This document shows positions 51,604 to 64,000 of a stretch of DNA of 64,000 nucleotides, in pieces; positions within the stretch are counted from its first letter, which is position 1, and each line of letters starts with the position of its first letter. Both the position numbers and the translations under genes were made by a program. The stretch comes from Paraspadella gotoi (lineage: Eukaryota > Animalia > Chaetognatha). The stretch is from contig CM119264.1 of assembly GCA_051294375.1 (NCBI GenBank), forward strand, positions 1,641,662 to 1,705,661. Direction: 5' to 3'. Under the pieces are notes generated by a model. The model saw only the letters and a program-made list of their open reading frames with translations. It made no database searches and had not been told where the DNA came from.

Positions 51604-52291
51604 TGTAGTCGGGCATAGCAAAGTTCACCCCGCCTCTAAGCATGAATCCTTCAGTCGTGACCCGGTGGCTCATTGAGTAAAGCCATCAGCTCATGACCAC
51701 CAGGTACCGGGTTCAATCCCAACCCGGTACCTATTCTGCGGGAAGTGTGAGGACGGCCGTAAGCCGCCTTGGGGGCATGGAAAACCCTCAAGCCTGGTTC
51801 CAAGCCCAGGACCCGTTCCATAGCTGCTAGAGGGGGTTAAAGAAGTTACGGATAGTCATCTTCAGCCCACTTAGCGCCTTATCCACACTGGTGAGCCCAT
51901 CCTGTCGAGCATATTCCAACCTTCTGATTCCAGGCCCATGGACGTGCTGAAGATTGCTCCCCTCCCTCCACTGGAAGCAGTGCAGGGTGGGTTACAATCT
52001 GGGGGGCATGTAGTCGGGCATAGCAAAGTTCACCCCGCCTCTAAGCATGAATCCTTCAGTCGTGACCCGGTGGGCTCATTGAGTAAAGCCATCAGCCTCA
52101 TGACCACCAGGTACTGGGTTCAATCCCAACCGGGTACCTATTCTGCGGGAAGTGTGAGGACGGCCGTAAGCCGCCTTGGGGGCGTGGAAAACCCTCAAGC
52201 CTGGTTCCAAGCCAGGACCCGTTCCATAGCTGCTAGAGGGGTTAAAGAAGTTACGGATAGTCATCTTCAGCCCACTTAGCGCCCTTACACA
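51604..52291 (+). mobile_element. Complete TRIM (non-autonomous LTR retrotransposon) with a tRNA-like Pol III promoter in each LTR (Helenus/Cassandra-like)
   Basis: LTR1 51604-51887 and LTR2 52009-52291 near-identical, TGT...ACA; PBS-like TGGTGAGCCC at 51889; PPT GGGGGG at 52001; TSD TAAT (51600-51603, 52292-52295); A box 51666-51677, B box GGTTCAATCCC 51710-51720. Confidence 0.92.
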
Positions 52292-52441
52292 TAATATTTC
52301 AAAGAATGTTTCAATTTATTGAAAAGACTACTTCCTCCCTTAAGTATTAGATCGAGGTATATATCTGTCAAGGCGGCGAAGCTCCTTGTTTTATCTCATC
52401 TAACGATTTGATTTCACATCCTCTCACCTTCCCGGGCTCAC

Positions 52442-52677
52442 ATTTCCAAATGGAAAAACGTGAAAGGAAATCGTGAACTGTTCTTCTCCGTCTTTGTCCT
52501 GCGGGTCAAAGATCACAGCGCCTCTGGCGTTTGATGCCGGAAATTCGAAACCGTTCCACGTCCGGTTGTAGGCCTGCGTCGTCGGCGGCTGCGTCGGCGG
52601 CTCCGTCGGCGGCTGCGTCGGCGGCGGTCTAAGCAGCCCCGATTCTATTGGCAACAACGGAAGCTTCGGAATGTAAT
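52442..52677 (-). CDS. Nested pentraxin/LamG-like gene, exon 4 (Pro/Thr linker and domain start)
   Basis: AAT|GTGAGC donor; ..RPPPTQPPTEPPTQPPTTQAYNRTWNGFEFPASNARGAVIFDPQDKDGEEQFTISFHVFPFGN (F.FP and FT.SF pentraxin-like); the acceptor could instead be 52644 (same phase). Confidence 0.8.
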
Positions 52678-52819
52678 CTTAGTCGTTGAGGATTTTTAAA
52701 AGTAAAAAAAAAATAAAATAAAATAAAACTGATGCTCTTTGAAACAACGAACTTTAAATATTTACGTACTTGAATTGATTTAATGCTGTCATTTCATGAG
52801 GTTATTAACTATTAATTAC

Positions 52820-52938
52820 CTTCAACAAATTGATTATTTTCATTATCCAAGTATTTGGCGAACGAAACGTTTTCCCCTTTGTAGTTAAAGATAGAAATTC
52901 CGGTACAATCTTCTGTGGCAAAACAATCGTATCCTAAA
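52820..52938 (-). CDS. Nested pentraxin/LamG-like gene, exon 3
   Basis: tag|T..G|GTAATT, phase 2-1; LGYDCFATEDCTGISIFNYKGENVSFAKYLDNENNQFVE. Confidence 0.7.
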
Positions 52939-53015
52939 CTAATACGAATAAAAAAAAAGCCAATTAATCTTTATTTAATATTTATTGTTTAATATCTAGT
53001 GTCAGGTCTACTCAC

Positions 53016-53100
53016 GCCAAAATCTCTCTCGGATCGAGTTTCGCGCTTGATTCGGATTTGACAAATAAATGTGATTTTTGTTGTCCTTTTATCGGGATTC
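53016..53100 (-). CDS. Nested pentraxin/LamG-like gene, exon 2
   Basis: cag|GA..GC|GTGAGT, phase 1-2; GIPIKGQQKSHLFVKSESSAKLDPREILA. Confidence 0.68.
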
Positions 53101-53288
53101 CTGCGAAATGATTCAAACCTTTTCGCTAAGAAAATTTAAATCTATTGTTTGAAAGATTAAAATTTTAATTACAATGGCAAATTTTAAAGATCTCACGTTA
53201 AAATTTATCTTTTTTTAAAAGGTTAATTTCTTTTAATTTGTCATTTTATTTTTTTTCGGTTTTTTTATAATCAGTAACTGAAACTTAC

Positions 53289-53337
53289 CTAATGAAACGA
53301 GTGAAACAAAAATTAAAATAATCATTCTCATCAACAT
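53289..53337 (-). CDS. Nested pentraxin/LamG-like gene, exon 1 (signal peptide)
   Basis: MLMRMIILIFVSLVSL then G|GTAAGT, a typical phase-1 signal-peptide exon. Confidence 0.7.
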
Positions 53338-53771
53338 TATTTTGTAATAAATTAATCTATGACAAATGCTGTCAAAATGAACCTTGAAAGTCGTAAAAGT
53401 TAATCAACTTTTAAATTCTAAAACTTCTGTGCAACATTAGACCGATTTCTATTTACGCTTTGGATCGGATTTATAATAATCAATATTAATTAAATTTATT
53501 CGTGAGCCGCAACTCAGTTGAGCAGCTTTTTGGTCGGTCCATGGGGCCGTCTATTTAAAATATATATTAACGAATAAAATAAAGCTAATTGATTTAAATG
53601 ACATGGATAGAATATTAATTACATTTTTTTAATAATTAATTATTTTAACTGATAGCTGATAAATAATTTTTGGATAAAATAAAAAAAAAATTAGTATAAA
53701 AATCTCGTCAGAAATACAGTTTGCCATATGGATTAGGAGAAATGAAGTTACGGGCGGAAAATGGAAGGAAA

Positions 53772-53874
<103 letters not shown>

Positions 53875-54394
53875 TAGATTGTCGGTGTGAGTGAGTCGCC
53901 GTCAGATGCAAGAAATCGTAACCTCATAATTGCAACATTGAAACAAATTATCAGTTTTTCTTTTTTTGCATTACTTTTAATTTTGGGTAAAAGATGACAG
54001 AAAAAATCATGTTCACGATTCTTTCAAATGCGATCAAAATTTAATCTCGAAAAAAAAAAATTGTTATTTTTTTTATAAAATTTTAAAATGGCCAACTTAT
54101 CATTTTATAATTGGTAAATTAAAGGATTCTGCCGAATGAAATTTACCGCAACACGCGAATTGAAACAAAATTAAAAAATTACCAAAATAATTAAGAAATA
54201 ATGAATATTCATTTAGTATATTTCAATTTCGTTCATTGCTAAGATTTATATTTTTTGTTTTTATTATTCTTTTAGTTAAGATAATTTCGTTCCATTGGAA
54301 TGAGGAATAGAGAGAAGAGGAAGAGGAAGAAGAGGAGAAAGACGAAGAAGAGGAGGAAGAGGAGGAGGGCTGGGAGCGGGTGACGGATAATTCA

Positions 54395-54459
<65 letters not shown>

Positions 54460-54570
54460 AGAGAGAGCGGAAAGTAGATGACAGAGACAGAGACAGAGAC
54501 AGAGAGATACAAGGATGAGCCGTAAATCTGCGGAATCACACAAGGGGAACGAGTAAAAAGAACGTAATTT

Positions 54571-54654
<84 letters not shown>

Positions 54655-54811
54655 CGAAAGAGCGACGAGTACAGCTAAAAGAACTGTCAATACTTTTGCA
54701 ACAAATTCTTGACGCTCAAACGATTCCTTGCATTTTTTTTTTCTCTTCTATTTCTTTTTGTTCATTACGATTCTATCTCTCTCTCTCTCTCTCTTTCTAT
54801 TTTTATATTTT

Positions 54812-54850
<39 letters not shown>

Positions 54851-56167
54851 CTTTTTCTACCTTCCTCTCTTTATTTCTTTTTGTCTCATTTTCCTTTTTC
54901 TTTCTTTCTCTCTTTTTCCTTTCTCGCTGTCCTTTCACCAACGCATAGATTTCACCGCCACATTTTCCTAATATCACGGATAACAAATTCACAAAAAAAT
55001 TTGCTAACTTCCTAAATCGCTTTACCATCACATGATATACACTGAAAGATTTTGTGTCCTCGCGTCCGGTCATTTTTCCCTGGTCATTTAGTTGACTTTT
55101 TCAGACCAGTCTTTTCACCGTTCTAGTTGCTTTCTTGCCGCCTTCTTTTTGCCGAAAACCTCGTCACTTGTTATTCGATCATAATCGTTTCTCTGGAAAA
55201 TATCGGCTGTATGGAACCGTAGTTTTTACCGAATCCAAGGATTTTCTACATGAACTTATTGTACTACTTTAAATTTGCCATTTATTTATCTCTACAATAA
55301 ATAAACTTATTCACGATTTATTCGTCATTTATTCGACATTTACGTCATTCGATATTTAGAAAACCTTTCTCAATGTTAAAGTCAGTTTAACCTACAGCGA
55401 CCCTCGAGGCATAGAAAATAATAAACATTTTCTACAGACACTGTGTGTCACATCAATGTGACAAACATTTTAAGATTCGCTATTTCTCGACAAGCAAACT
55501 AACCTCTACCGATTGTTTCAACGATTCAGGAACTTACCCAATCACCGACTTTTTCACAAATTCACTGACATAGAGAATAAGAATTTATCGCCGACTTCCT
55601 CTCACAGATTTTAACTAGGAGATCCCCGGACTCCCTGACTCTTTGACTCATTCTTTAGCTTTTCATCGCATCATAGTGTCTTACCAATTCACCGGCTGAC
55701 CTCACCCGCTCACTCGAGATCAAAAAAAAGAATCCAAATCTTAGTTTTAGCAGAAAAAAAAATAAATCGAGTCGTGAGACTAAGACAACCATTTGTTTTC
55801 CGTCAGAATCCATTTCCGATTTTTTTTCTTTCTTTTTTTTTTTTTTGTCATTTTTTAAGGAAGGGGGGAGGAATGTGTTGAAAGGTTGTGTCGCCATCCT
55901 CGTCTCGTCATAGTCGTCGTCATTGTCTTTTTCTGTCATTATCGAGACTGTCATCGTTGTCGTCGTCATCATTTTTAAACTTGTCTTTGTCATTTCGTCA
56001 TTGTCCTATGCACACGGGCCGCCTTCCCTCCATTAACTCCACAACTTCATTGATCATCTCCTCCTTCCAAATGTCGACACCAGACACAACAGCAACGCTC
56101 CATCAGTCTCCACAGCAAAGCCCCATCAGTCTACACAGCAACGCCTCCAATCACAACATCAACCGAC

Positions 56168-56321
56168 CCGATGCCATCCCGGCGAAGATGTAGACGACGC
56201 CGGAAACGATGGAGCAGAAGTGGCGTCTGATGTGGCCGATGATGGAGAAGACGAAGGCGCTGCTGGCGAAGATGAGGCTGGAGAGATGCCAGGGGGTGGA
56301 GGCGCGGATTTGGCGGACGAT
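56168..56321 (-). CDS. CACNG: Stargazin/TARP-like gene, TM2-TM3 exon
   Basis: cag|ATC..G|GTCGGT, phase 0-1; IVRQIRASTPWHLSSLIFASSAFVFSIIGHIRRHFCSIVSGVVYIFAGMAS, matching TARP R..RAS and SG...AG motifs; joins in frame to GLGMIFYISA. Confidence 0.9.
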
Positions 56322-56686
56322 CTGAGGAGGGGGGAGGGGGATTATGAGTGGAGGCGAGGGAGGGAGAGAAAGAGAGAGGGAGGGGGATAGAGGGAGAGAG
56401 AGAGAAATAGAGAGAGAAGTGGGAGGGAGGGAGAAAAGAGGGAGGGGGGATAAAGAAGAGGGAGAGAGCGTTAGAGAGAGAGAGAGAGGCAGAGAGAGGA
56501 AGTGGAGGAAGTAGAGGAAATTAAATGAAGGAAATGAAGGAAAAAAGGAAAGAAAAGAAAGAAAAAAAAAGTTTAAAATAAAACAGAACAACTTTACAAC
56601 TTTGAAGTTTAGGCAAAGAGGTTCCTTTTAACTTATTTTGTTTTATTTACTTTTTAGTCCGTTTGTGTCTCTGATTGTCTGTTTGA

Positions 56687-56731
<45 letters not shown>

Positions 56732-57188
56732 GCTCTCTCTCTCTCTCTCTCGCTCCGCCTCAAAGACCAAAAACGCTGCTACCCAGTCTTGAAAAATCAC
56801 CATCATCATTAACCTAATCATGTTCTACAGTCCTGAAAAAAAAGTCATCCAAAAACAAAAAAAGTATATATTTTTTATAATATAAATTATACTTAATTTA
56901 ATAAAAGTTATGGAAAATTTTTTTTTTTTATAAATTTGGTTATAATTTAGTCATCCATTTGTAAGCAATGATTTTTTAATAATACCCACTTTTAAAAAAT
57001 AATTATTTTTTAGAAATAGTATTTAGAATATTGAAGATCTGAAACTAAGACCAAAATATGTTTGTAATTTTTTCAATAAAATTCATTATAAAACAAAAAA
57101 AATTGTCTTATATTAATCAAAAATGTATTATTTTAAATTTTTTTTTATAATACATACTTACAAGGTTTTTGGACAGGATTGTACTCAC

Positions 57189-57315
57189 CGAGGTGGATGT
57201 CTCGCTCTCCTCCACTCGACCCGAGACTTGGTTGAAGTAGTCGACGGCGACGCATCCTCCAGTCGGGTCGAATGTCTCTTGTCCAGCGTAGATCCATTTG
57301 TAGGTGCACATGTAC
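57189..57315 (-). CDS. CACNG: Stargazin/TARP-like gene, ECL1 exon
   Basis: cag|G..TCG|GTGAGT, phase 2-0; (W)YMCTYKWIYAGQETFDPTGGCVAVDYFNQVSGRVEESETSTS, with the claudin-family W..C...C and C...DYF pattern. Confidence 0.88.
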
Positions 57316-57387
<72 letters not shown>

Positions 57388-57938
57388 TAATGATTTTCTA
57401 TAATAGAAAAAGACGCGAGGACATCAACTATAATTTTAGTTTTAGGGAACGTGATATCCTTGTGAATTGATTTTTAAGTCAGAGGAAACGAAAGAAAGAG
57501 AAGGCACATAGAAAGAATCTTGCCGTGAAAACTAAGGACAGATAGTTATGATCAGTTTTACTTGTCAATTGTATGTTGTCTATGAAATTGGTGCAACGAA
57601 CATGAAATCATAGATTCAATACATAAGCTTTCTTGCCTCTGTTTTTTGACAGGCTATTTCTCTTACAAGATAATAACTAAGCAGGACCCTACTAGCTTTC
57701 GATCAAAACTCTCTCACAGTCCAGCTTTTTAACTCCCTGACCTTCAGCCTTCCCTATCAATTCAGTACAGTACAGTACAGTACAGTTCATTGAAAATGAC
57801 TGAAGGGAAAAAGACTTTTATTTGAAAAACGACGGAAAATCGTTTCATATTTTATTTCATTTTCTTTTTTTATTTCCAGGTTAAAAAAAAATAACGCAGT
57901 TTATGGAAAATCGTCAACGCAACACCTGCGCTTCTCTT

Positions 57939-58015
<77 letters not shown>

Positions 58016-58483
58016 GTTTGTTCTTAACAAAATTAACGTCGAATATCATCCAAGATTTTTTCTTTCTATTTCTTTAATACTAATATTAATATTAACAGTA
58101 ATTGTAACTTTATTGATCAAAGATTGGCTTAATCTTTATGTTTCTTTGTTTTTCTTTCTGTTTTGTTTTGTTTTATTTAGTTATTTGTATGTTATTCCCA
58201 CTGCATTGAAATATTTAATGAACGATGCTCTGTTGATTTTAGATATAGTGTCTTGTTTGTTTGTTTATTTTTTTTGTTTTGCTTTTGGTTTTAATTTTTT
58301 TAGTTTGTTTTTTTTTCTTCATTTTTTAATTTTTTCTTTTGTTAGTTCTGTTTGTTTTGTCTATTTTGTTTATATTGTTTTGTTATTTTTGTTCATTTTT
58401 TTCCCTTTATTTTATTCCGAGAAAGGTCGATCAGACGAAGGTCTAGGCTCGAGGGATCAATTCTCCAAAACGACCCATGATTG

Positions 58484-58564
<81 letters not shown>

Positions 58565-59370
58565 CTGGCTCTTGAACGAAAAGCTGCTTTGAAAGGGAAG
58601 AGAAAAATGTCGGTTAAAAATATTAAAGGAAAAAAAGTCTATAAAAACTTTGATATTGAAAAAAATTTTATAGTTCATAGTATATTGTAGCGGTAGTATT
58701 TCATACCCCGTTACTCGTCCGAGAACTCGCGGCATCGTCATCCACAAAATAGCTATAATATAATATTGGTTGTACCAATTTCATAATATAATATAATCAT
58801 ATTGGTTGTACCAATTTCATAATATAATATAATTAAATATAATATAATATAATATAATATATAATATTAAAAAAAGTTGAAGTAAAAGAATGAAAAATTT
58901 TGAATCGAAAATGAATATAAATGAAGGAGGAAAGAAATAAAACTAAGAGTGAGAAAGAATAGAAATAAATTTAAAAATAATTATAAACTTAAAAAGATCT
59001 CTATCGGTTTATCATTTTTTATAATCTTTACTACTTTGGGCGAATATTATTAAAAACGTCCGACTTAGCATATTAAAGGATAATTAGCTTTAGAAGTTAT
59101 GATGGGTGAAAAATCTTTCAGTCAAAAATTAAAATGTTGCAGCAGCAGCAGAAAACTCTATTTTCTTAAGATATACACAACAGTGCCCCTTATTAGAGAC
59201 ATTCATTATGACCACAAGGGAACTCTTTCTTAATACATGTCAAGACATTGAACCTGAGATCACTAGAGTGAACTGTAGCAGTAGTTTTTTCCCGGGTGTA
59301 AAAATATAGGTATATATTATTTTTTTCTGTTGCTGCATTTCTCGAATCAGTTATTTATTTCATAAGCTTC

Positions 59371-59586
59371 TGGTGGTTCTATCACCACAGATGGATTAAA
59401 GCTGTTCTTTCGCAGCGCCTTCAGTGGCTCAGTCGACTATTGCACCATCCCAATGTGCGTCCCTGGTTCGAGCCCTGAGGTTGTCATGTAGAAAGTGGGA
59501 TGGACAGAGTAACCCGCCTGTAGTCAAGGGCCTAATGCCAGATCCAAAGCTCTGGACTACATGAACATGCTGTCTTCCTGTCACCA
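59371..59586 (+). mobile_element. tRNA-containing LTR-like element (TGGTG...CACCA termini)
   Basis: A box TGGCTCAGTCG, B box GGTTCGAGCCC, core TAACCCGCCTGTA; its 5' end recurs at 21400-21434 (minus strand, running into a gap). Confidence 0.75.
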
Positions 59587-59874
59587 CGAGGTGACACCGC
59601 TGCGGGTGTGGCGCCCTGTAAAAAACCAGCCTCTTCAAGCTTACGTAGGAATAAAATATCCACGAGAGAATATCTCTTAAGTCTTGTCAATTTCTCTCTC
59701 TCTCTCTATCTGTTTTCTTGAGTCTAGCTATTGTGAATATTCACACTTTCCAAACTCACAAAGAAGTTAATATCAGGGTCGTCCATTGTGGGTTTTTCAA
59801 AGGCCGCCTCCATCAAATTTTTCTCAGATTTTGTCAAAAGAAATAAAAGCTCTTGAAACCTGATTCTTTTTGAG

Positions 59875-59914
<40 letters not shown>

Positions 59915-59943
59915 AAATCTCTCTCTATCTCTCTCTTAAAGCT

Positions 59944-59981
<38 letters not shown>

Positions 59982-60022
59982 AAATCTTTCTATCACTCTA
60001 TCTCTATCTCTCTCCTTTAAAG

Positions 60023-60073
<51 letters not shown>

Positions 60074-60794
60074 CTCTCTCTCTCTCTCTTTAAAATCTCT
60101 CTCTATCTCTCTCTCTCTATCTCTCTCTCTCTCTCTCTTTCTTTAACTCTCTCTCCCTCGCTGTCTCTCTCTCACTATCTGTCTTTTCCACTCTCATACT
60201 TTTTCAAAGTGAAAATAACTAAATTAGTTTGACTGAGATGAAACGCCAATCTCTCTCTCTCTCTCTCTCTTTCCTTCTTTTTCTTCTTTTTCTTCTTCTT
60301 CTTCTCCTTCTTCTTCTTTTTCCTCAAACGTGTGGTGTCTTCTGTTTTGGTGCAAAAAAGTTTTTCTGCGTGCGCCAGCGCGCCTCTGTGTTGAGTAAAC
60401 AAACGGACTAAAGATAAATAAAAGAGCAACCAAAGAAAATTGAGGAGTAGACGATGGGAAAGAGAGAGAGAAAGAGAGAGAGAGGGAGGGAGGGAAAGAG
60501 AGGGAGGGGGAGAGAGAGACAAAGAGAGAGACAGTGAAAAAAAAAGTTTGGGCAAACATTCCCGGGTCCCGGTTAAATTAATCAATTATTTAATTAATTA
60601 ATTAATTAAAATAAAAAGGAAACCTTTTTTTTCATTTAAAATCATTTCCACTCGGACGATTCCATCGAAACTTTATTTCCAGCTTAATCATGATTTCTTT
60701 ACCCACACACAAACTTTCAAGTAAATCTCCGTTGATGAGTAATTGGCGTTTAAAGCTGAGGGAGTACTGACAGACGGACGGACATCGGTTTTTG

Positions 60795-60825
<31 letters not shown>

Positions 60826-61004
60826 TTTTTGTATAATTTATCATAATTCCGTCTTGTGACATGATCTTTGTTACTTAGCGACAAAATCTTTGGGTTGGGC
60901 CGTCGGACCGACAAAGTTACTTGTAGAGCCGAAATCTGCTGAAAGCAATTCTGGCTTAAAAGAAAAAGAGAAAAAAAGAAAGAAAGAAAGAAAAACAAAA
61001 AAAA

Positions 61005-61075
<71 letters not shown>

Positions 61076-61098
61076 ATATAGAAAGAAAGAAAGAAAAA

Positions 61099-61150
<52 letters not shown>

Positions 61151-61439
61151 AAAAAGGACGGACCAAGAGAAAACATAAATCCCTTCTTCTTTTTCTGACA
61201 TAAAAACTTCGAAATCTATTTGACGACCATCTGCGGTTATGATGACCTGCAAGGAAGCTTCTCGTGGTTTTCCTTGCAACTTTTTTGCTTTTTTTTTCAT
61301 GAGAGAAAGAGGAAGAAGTGATGATGACCTTAATGACATTAGTAGTAATGAAAACATCAATGTCTTTACTAGTGATGATGACTTTTATAACATTACTAGT
61401 GATGATACCAATAATGACATTTTTAGTGATGATAATGTG

Positions 61440-61580
61440 ATGACGACGTTGATGACATCACTAATGATGATAACATTGATGACATTACTAGTAATGATAA
61501 CGTTGATGACATTACTAGTGATGATAACGTCGATGACATTACTAGTGATGATAATGTTGATGACATTACTAGTGATGATA
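61440..61580. repeat. 27-bp minisatellite (GATGACATTACTAGTGATGATAACGTT)
   Basis: About 5 tandem units. Confidence 0.85.
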
Positions 61581-61676
61581 TTTACAAATCTCTCTTCCAA
61601 TGTTAAATCCTTGAAACGTCTTTAATCTTTAGTATGTAAGTCTTAGTGTTAATCATATATATATATATATATATAA

Positions 61677-61762
<86 letters not shown>

Positions 61763-61915
61763 CCCTTCCACTGCGCGCCCTCCCGAATTAAATTATTCAT
61801 GAAAAATCTTCCAGAAAAGGAAAGAGTTAGAAACGTCATTAGGATGGAAAGGTTTTTTAAGATCCGAGAACCAAAAAAGAAATCATCACTATTAACTAAA
61901 TGATAGAGAGAGAGA

Positions 61916-61982
<67 letters not shown>

Positions 61983-62568
61983 CAGGACAGAGACAGAGAG
62001 AGCCTTAATTTTTTCCCAGTTTTATTTGCCTAAATTAAAGCAACTTAATCAGTGAGACTCTTTAACTTTTCCCGATAAAACTTCCCCGTTTTTGATCTCA
62101 GACTCGGCGCCAATTTCCGGTCAGAACCAACGGGAATTTTATTGCAAAAAATCTCTTCCATCTGCCCGACTCTCGATTCATCAAATTGTAAGTGGAGCGA
62201 AGAGACGACAGGATCGCGTGGCGCAATGGCGAGGGTCGCTTTGCTTTTGCTTTTACTTTTGCTTTGCTATGCTTTGCTTTCGCTTTTGATTTTGCTCTTG
62301 CTTTTGTTTGCATCTATTTTTTTTGCTATATTTTAATTTTAAATTTTGCGTCACCTTGTTTTTCTTTATCTTTCATTTTCGATTTTTGGACCCTTCCATC
62401 TCAGCTTATCTCACTGGACCTCACCTCCAGACCTGACCCGACTTCACTTACCAAATAATCTACGATCGATGACTCGTCCAAAATTCTTTTCCGAATTCGT
62501 AGTTTCTGTCTTTTCCTTTATCTTATCGTCGCATTTGACCAAAAGCTATGATGACCCGGAATCCATTT

Positions 62569-62641
<73 letters not shown>

Positions 62642-63556
62642 CGTGACCTTTCACCCTTGCCTTCAATGGCGTCCGTGAGGCTGTGAGTTTCACACAGGGT
62701 GAAACAGTTGTGGTTTTGGTGACTCAACGGTTCACGATGTGAAGTAAAAATACAATTCGCTTATATTTTTTGTTGTTGGTGATAATCCTCCTTTTAACTT
62801 AAGAACAAAGAGCCGTCATGGAATAAAATGGAATAACATGGATAACGGTGCTTAAATCTTGCTAACTTGTTTTTCCTCATTTCTACTTCAAGGTATTGCG
62901 CCACTGTTACGCATTAATTAATTATCATCGGACTTCCTTAGTATAACATGAATCATTGCTAAAACTACAAATAATAAAATAATTATTTAGATATTAATTG
63001 AACAACAAAACAAACATAATCATTTGCCGAGGTAAAATTTTAATATTAACCCTTCATGGCTATAGAATAAAATATCAAAATTTAATCAGAATTCGACAAT
63101 ATGCAAATGAGATTGAGGAACAATAATAACAAAATTGATGGAGTATTACCAGAGTTACAGGCATGTTAAACGAAATTAGTCTGAAATCAACAAGCAGTCA
63201 GACGGACTGACCCACCGAAAAGTTACTTATAGAATTGCAAAAAAGAATGCAACCACACGCTTAATATTCTTTGCATCCCGAATCGTATACGGGTCTTTGG
63301 TTCGCATATTTCGTTTGTTCATCGGTTTTTTCTGTCATAAAAACTCGTCCTTGGAGAAAAACCATTTTCTCCACAAGATGGCGGATAAAGAGGTAAGTGC
63401 GTTGAAAGACGAGTTCGAAGCGGCGACGCCCTCTCTCGGTCTTCAGCGATTCAACCGTCGTATAGATTTAAACTTTTATGTACTAATTATGATTATTATC
63501 TTTTTTGTGGCATTTTATTGAGGTTTATCATCATTTTTCTCTCTTTGTCTCTTTCC

Positions 63557-63830
63557 TTTTTAGTTGCACCGCGAGTAATCGCGGAGCAACTCTATAAGTC
63601 ACTCTTAGGTCGGTCTGTCGGTCGGTAACGTCAGTCGTCGGTCCTGTCTCACTTATGTGAAAAATGCTCATAACTCGACTATAGTCGGTTGCTCATTTTA
63701 ACAGAAAAACTTCAAATCAAAGTGACTTCAATCGACGCTTTCAGGAAATCATAAAACTATAAAGAGTAAAAGAGAAGCTAAGAAAGTCACTGAGGCGCAA
63801 CACAAACATTTGAATTTCCCTCCTTGTTTT
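63557..63830 (+). mobile_element. HINE/DINE-1-like element, near full length
   Basis: T-run, AGTTGCACCGCGA-GTAA-TCGCGGAGCAACT hairpin, GTCG/GTCT microsatellite, AGTCACTGAGGCGCAACAC, CTTGTT end. Confidence 0.65.
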
Positions 63831-64000
63831 TTCTTTATATTTCCTTCCTTTCTTTTATCTTGCCTTCCTTTCCCTTTTCCTCTTCCTCTCTCTTTTTCTT
63901 TCGCCTTCCTCTTTCTTTCTGTTCCTTTCCCTCCCTCCTCTCCCTCTCTCTCCCTCCTCTCCTTCCTCTCTCCCTCCTCTTCCTCCCCTCTCTTTCCCTC

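Noticed and set aside
51938-52279. 113-aa ORF in the TRIM
   Set aside because: Runs through LTR2; the same frame is broken by indels in LTR1; no gag/pol motif

Overview
AT-rich, microsatellite-saturated animal (invertebrate) draft scaffold with about 11 N-gaps. Almost all ORF-track entries are low-complexity artefacts. Reading splice sites by hand gives four intron-containing genes, all on the minus strand: (1) the first two coding exons of an invertebrate-type agrin (9771 to 3582, continuing past the window start); (2) a 7-exon FAXDC2 sterol-desaturase/fatty-acid-hydroxylase gene (31462 to 28031); (3) a stargazin/TARP (CACNG, claudin-superfamily) gene (57315 to 32645; 5' exon not found); (4) a 7-exon gene of about 365 aa for a secreted pentraxin/LamG-like protein, nested on the same strand inside a TARP intron (53337 to 49498). 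The most striking non-coding object is a 688-bp TRIM (51604-52291). It has two ~284-bp TG...CA LTRs, a PBS, a PPT and a 4-bp TSD confirmed by an empty-site paralog in the window. Each LTR carries a tRNA-like Pol III promoter, and the sense strand has no TTT run (Helenus/Cassandra-like). Divergent relatives at 50.6 kb and 59.4 kb share a hairpin with compensatory base changes. Also present: an LTR-like segment followed by a 41-nt copy of a mature tRNA-Leu 3' half, HINE/DINE-like and TIR elements, a 103-bp palindrome and many minisatellites. All calls are by eye, without database searches.
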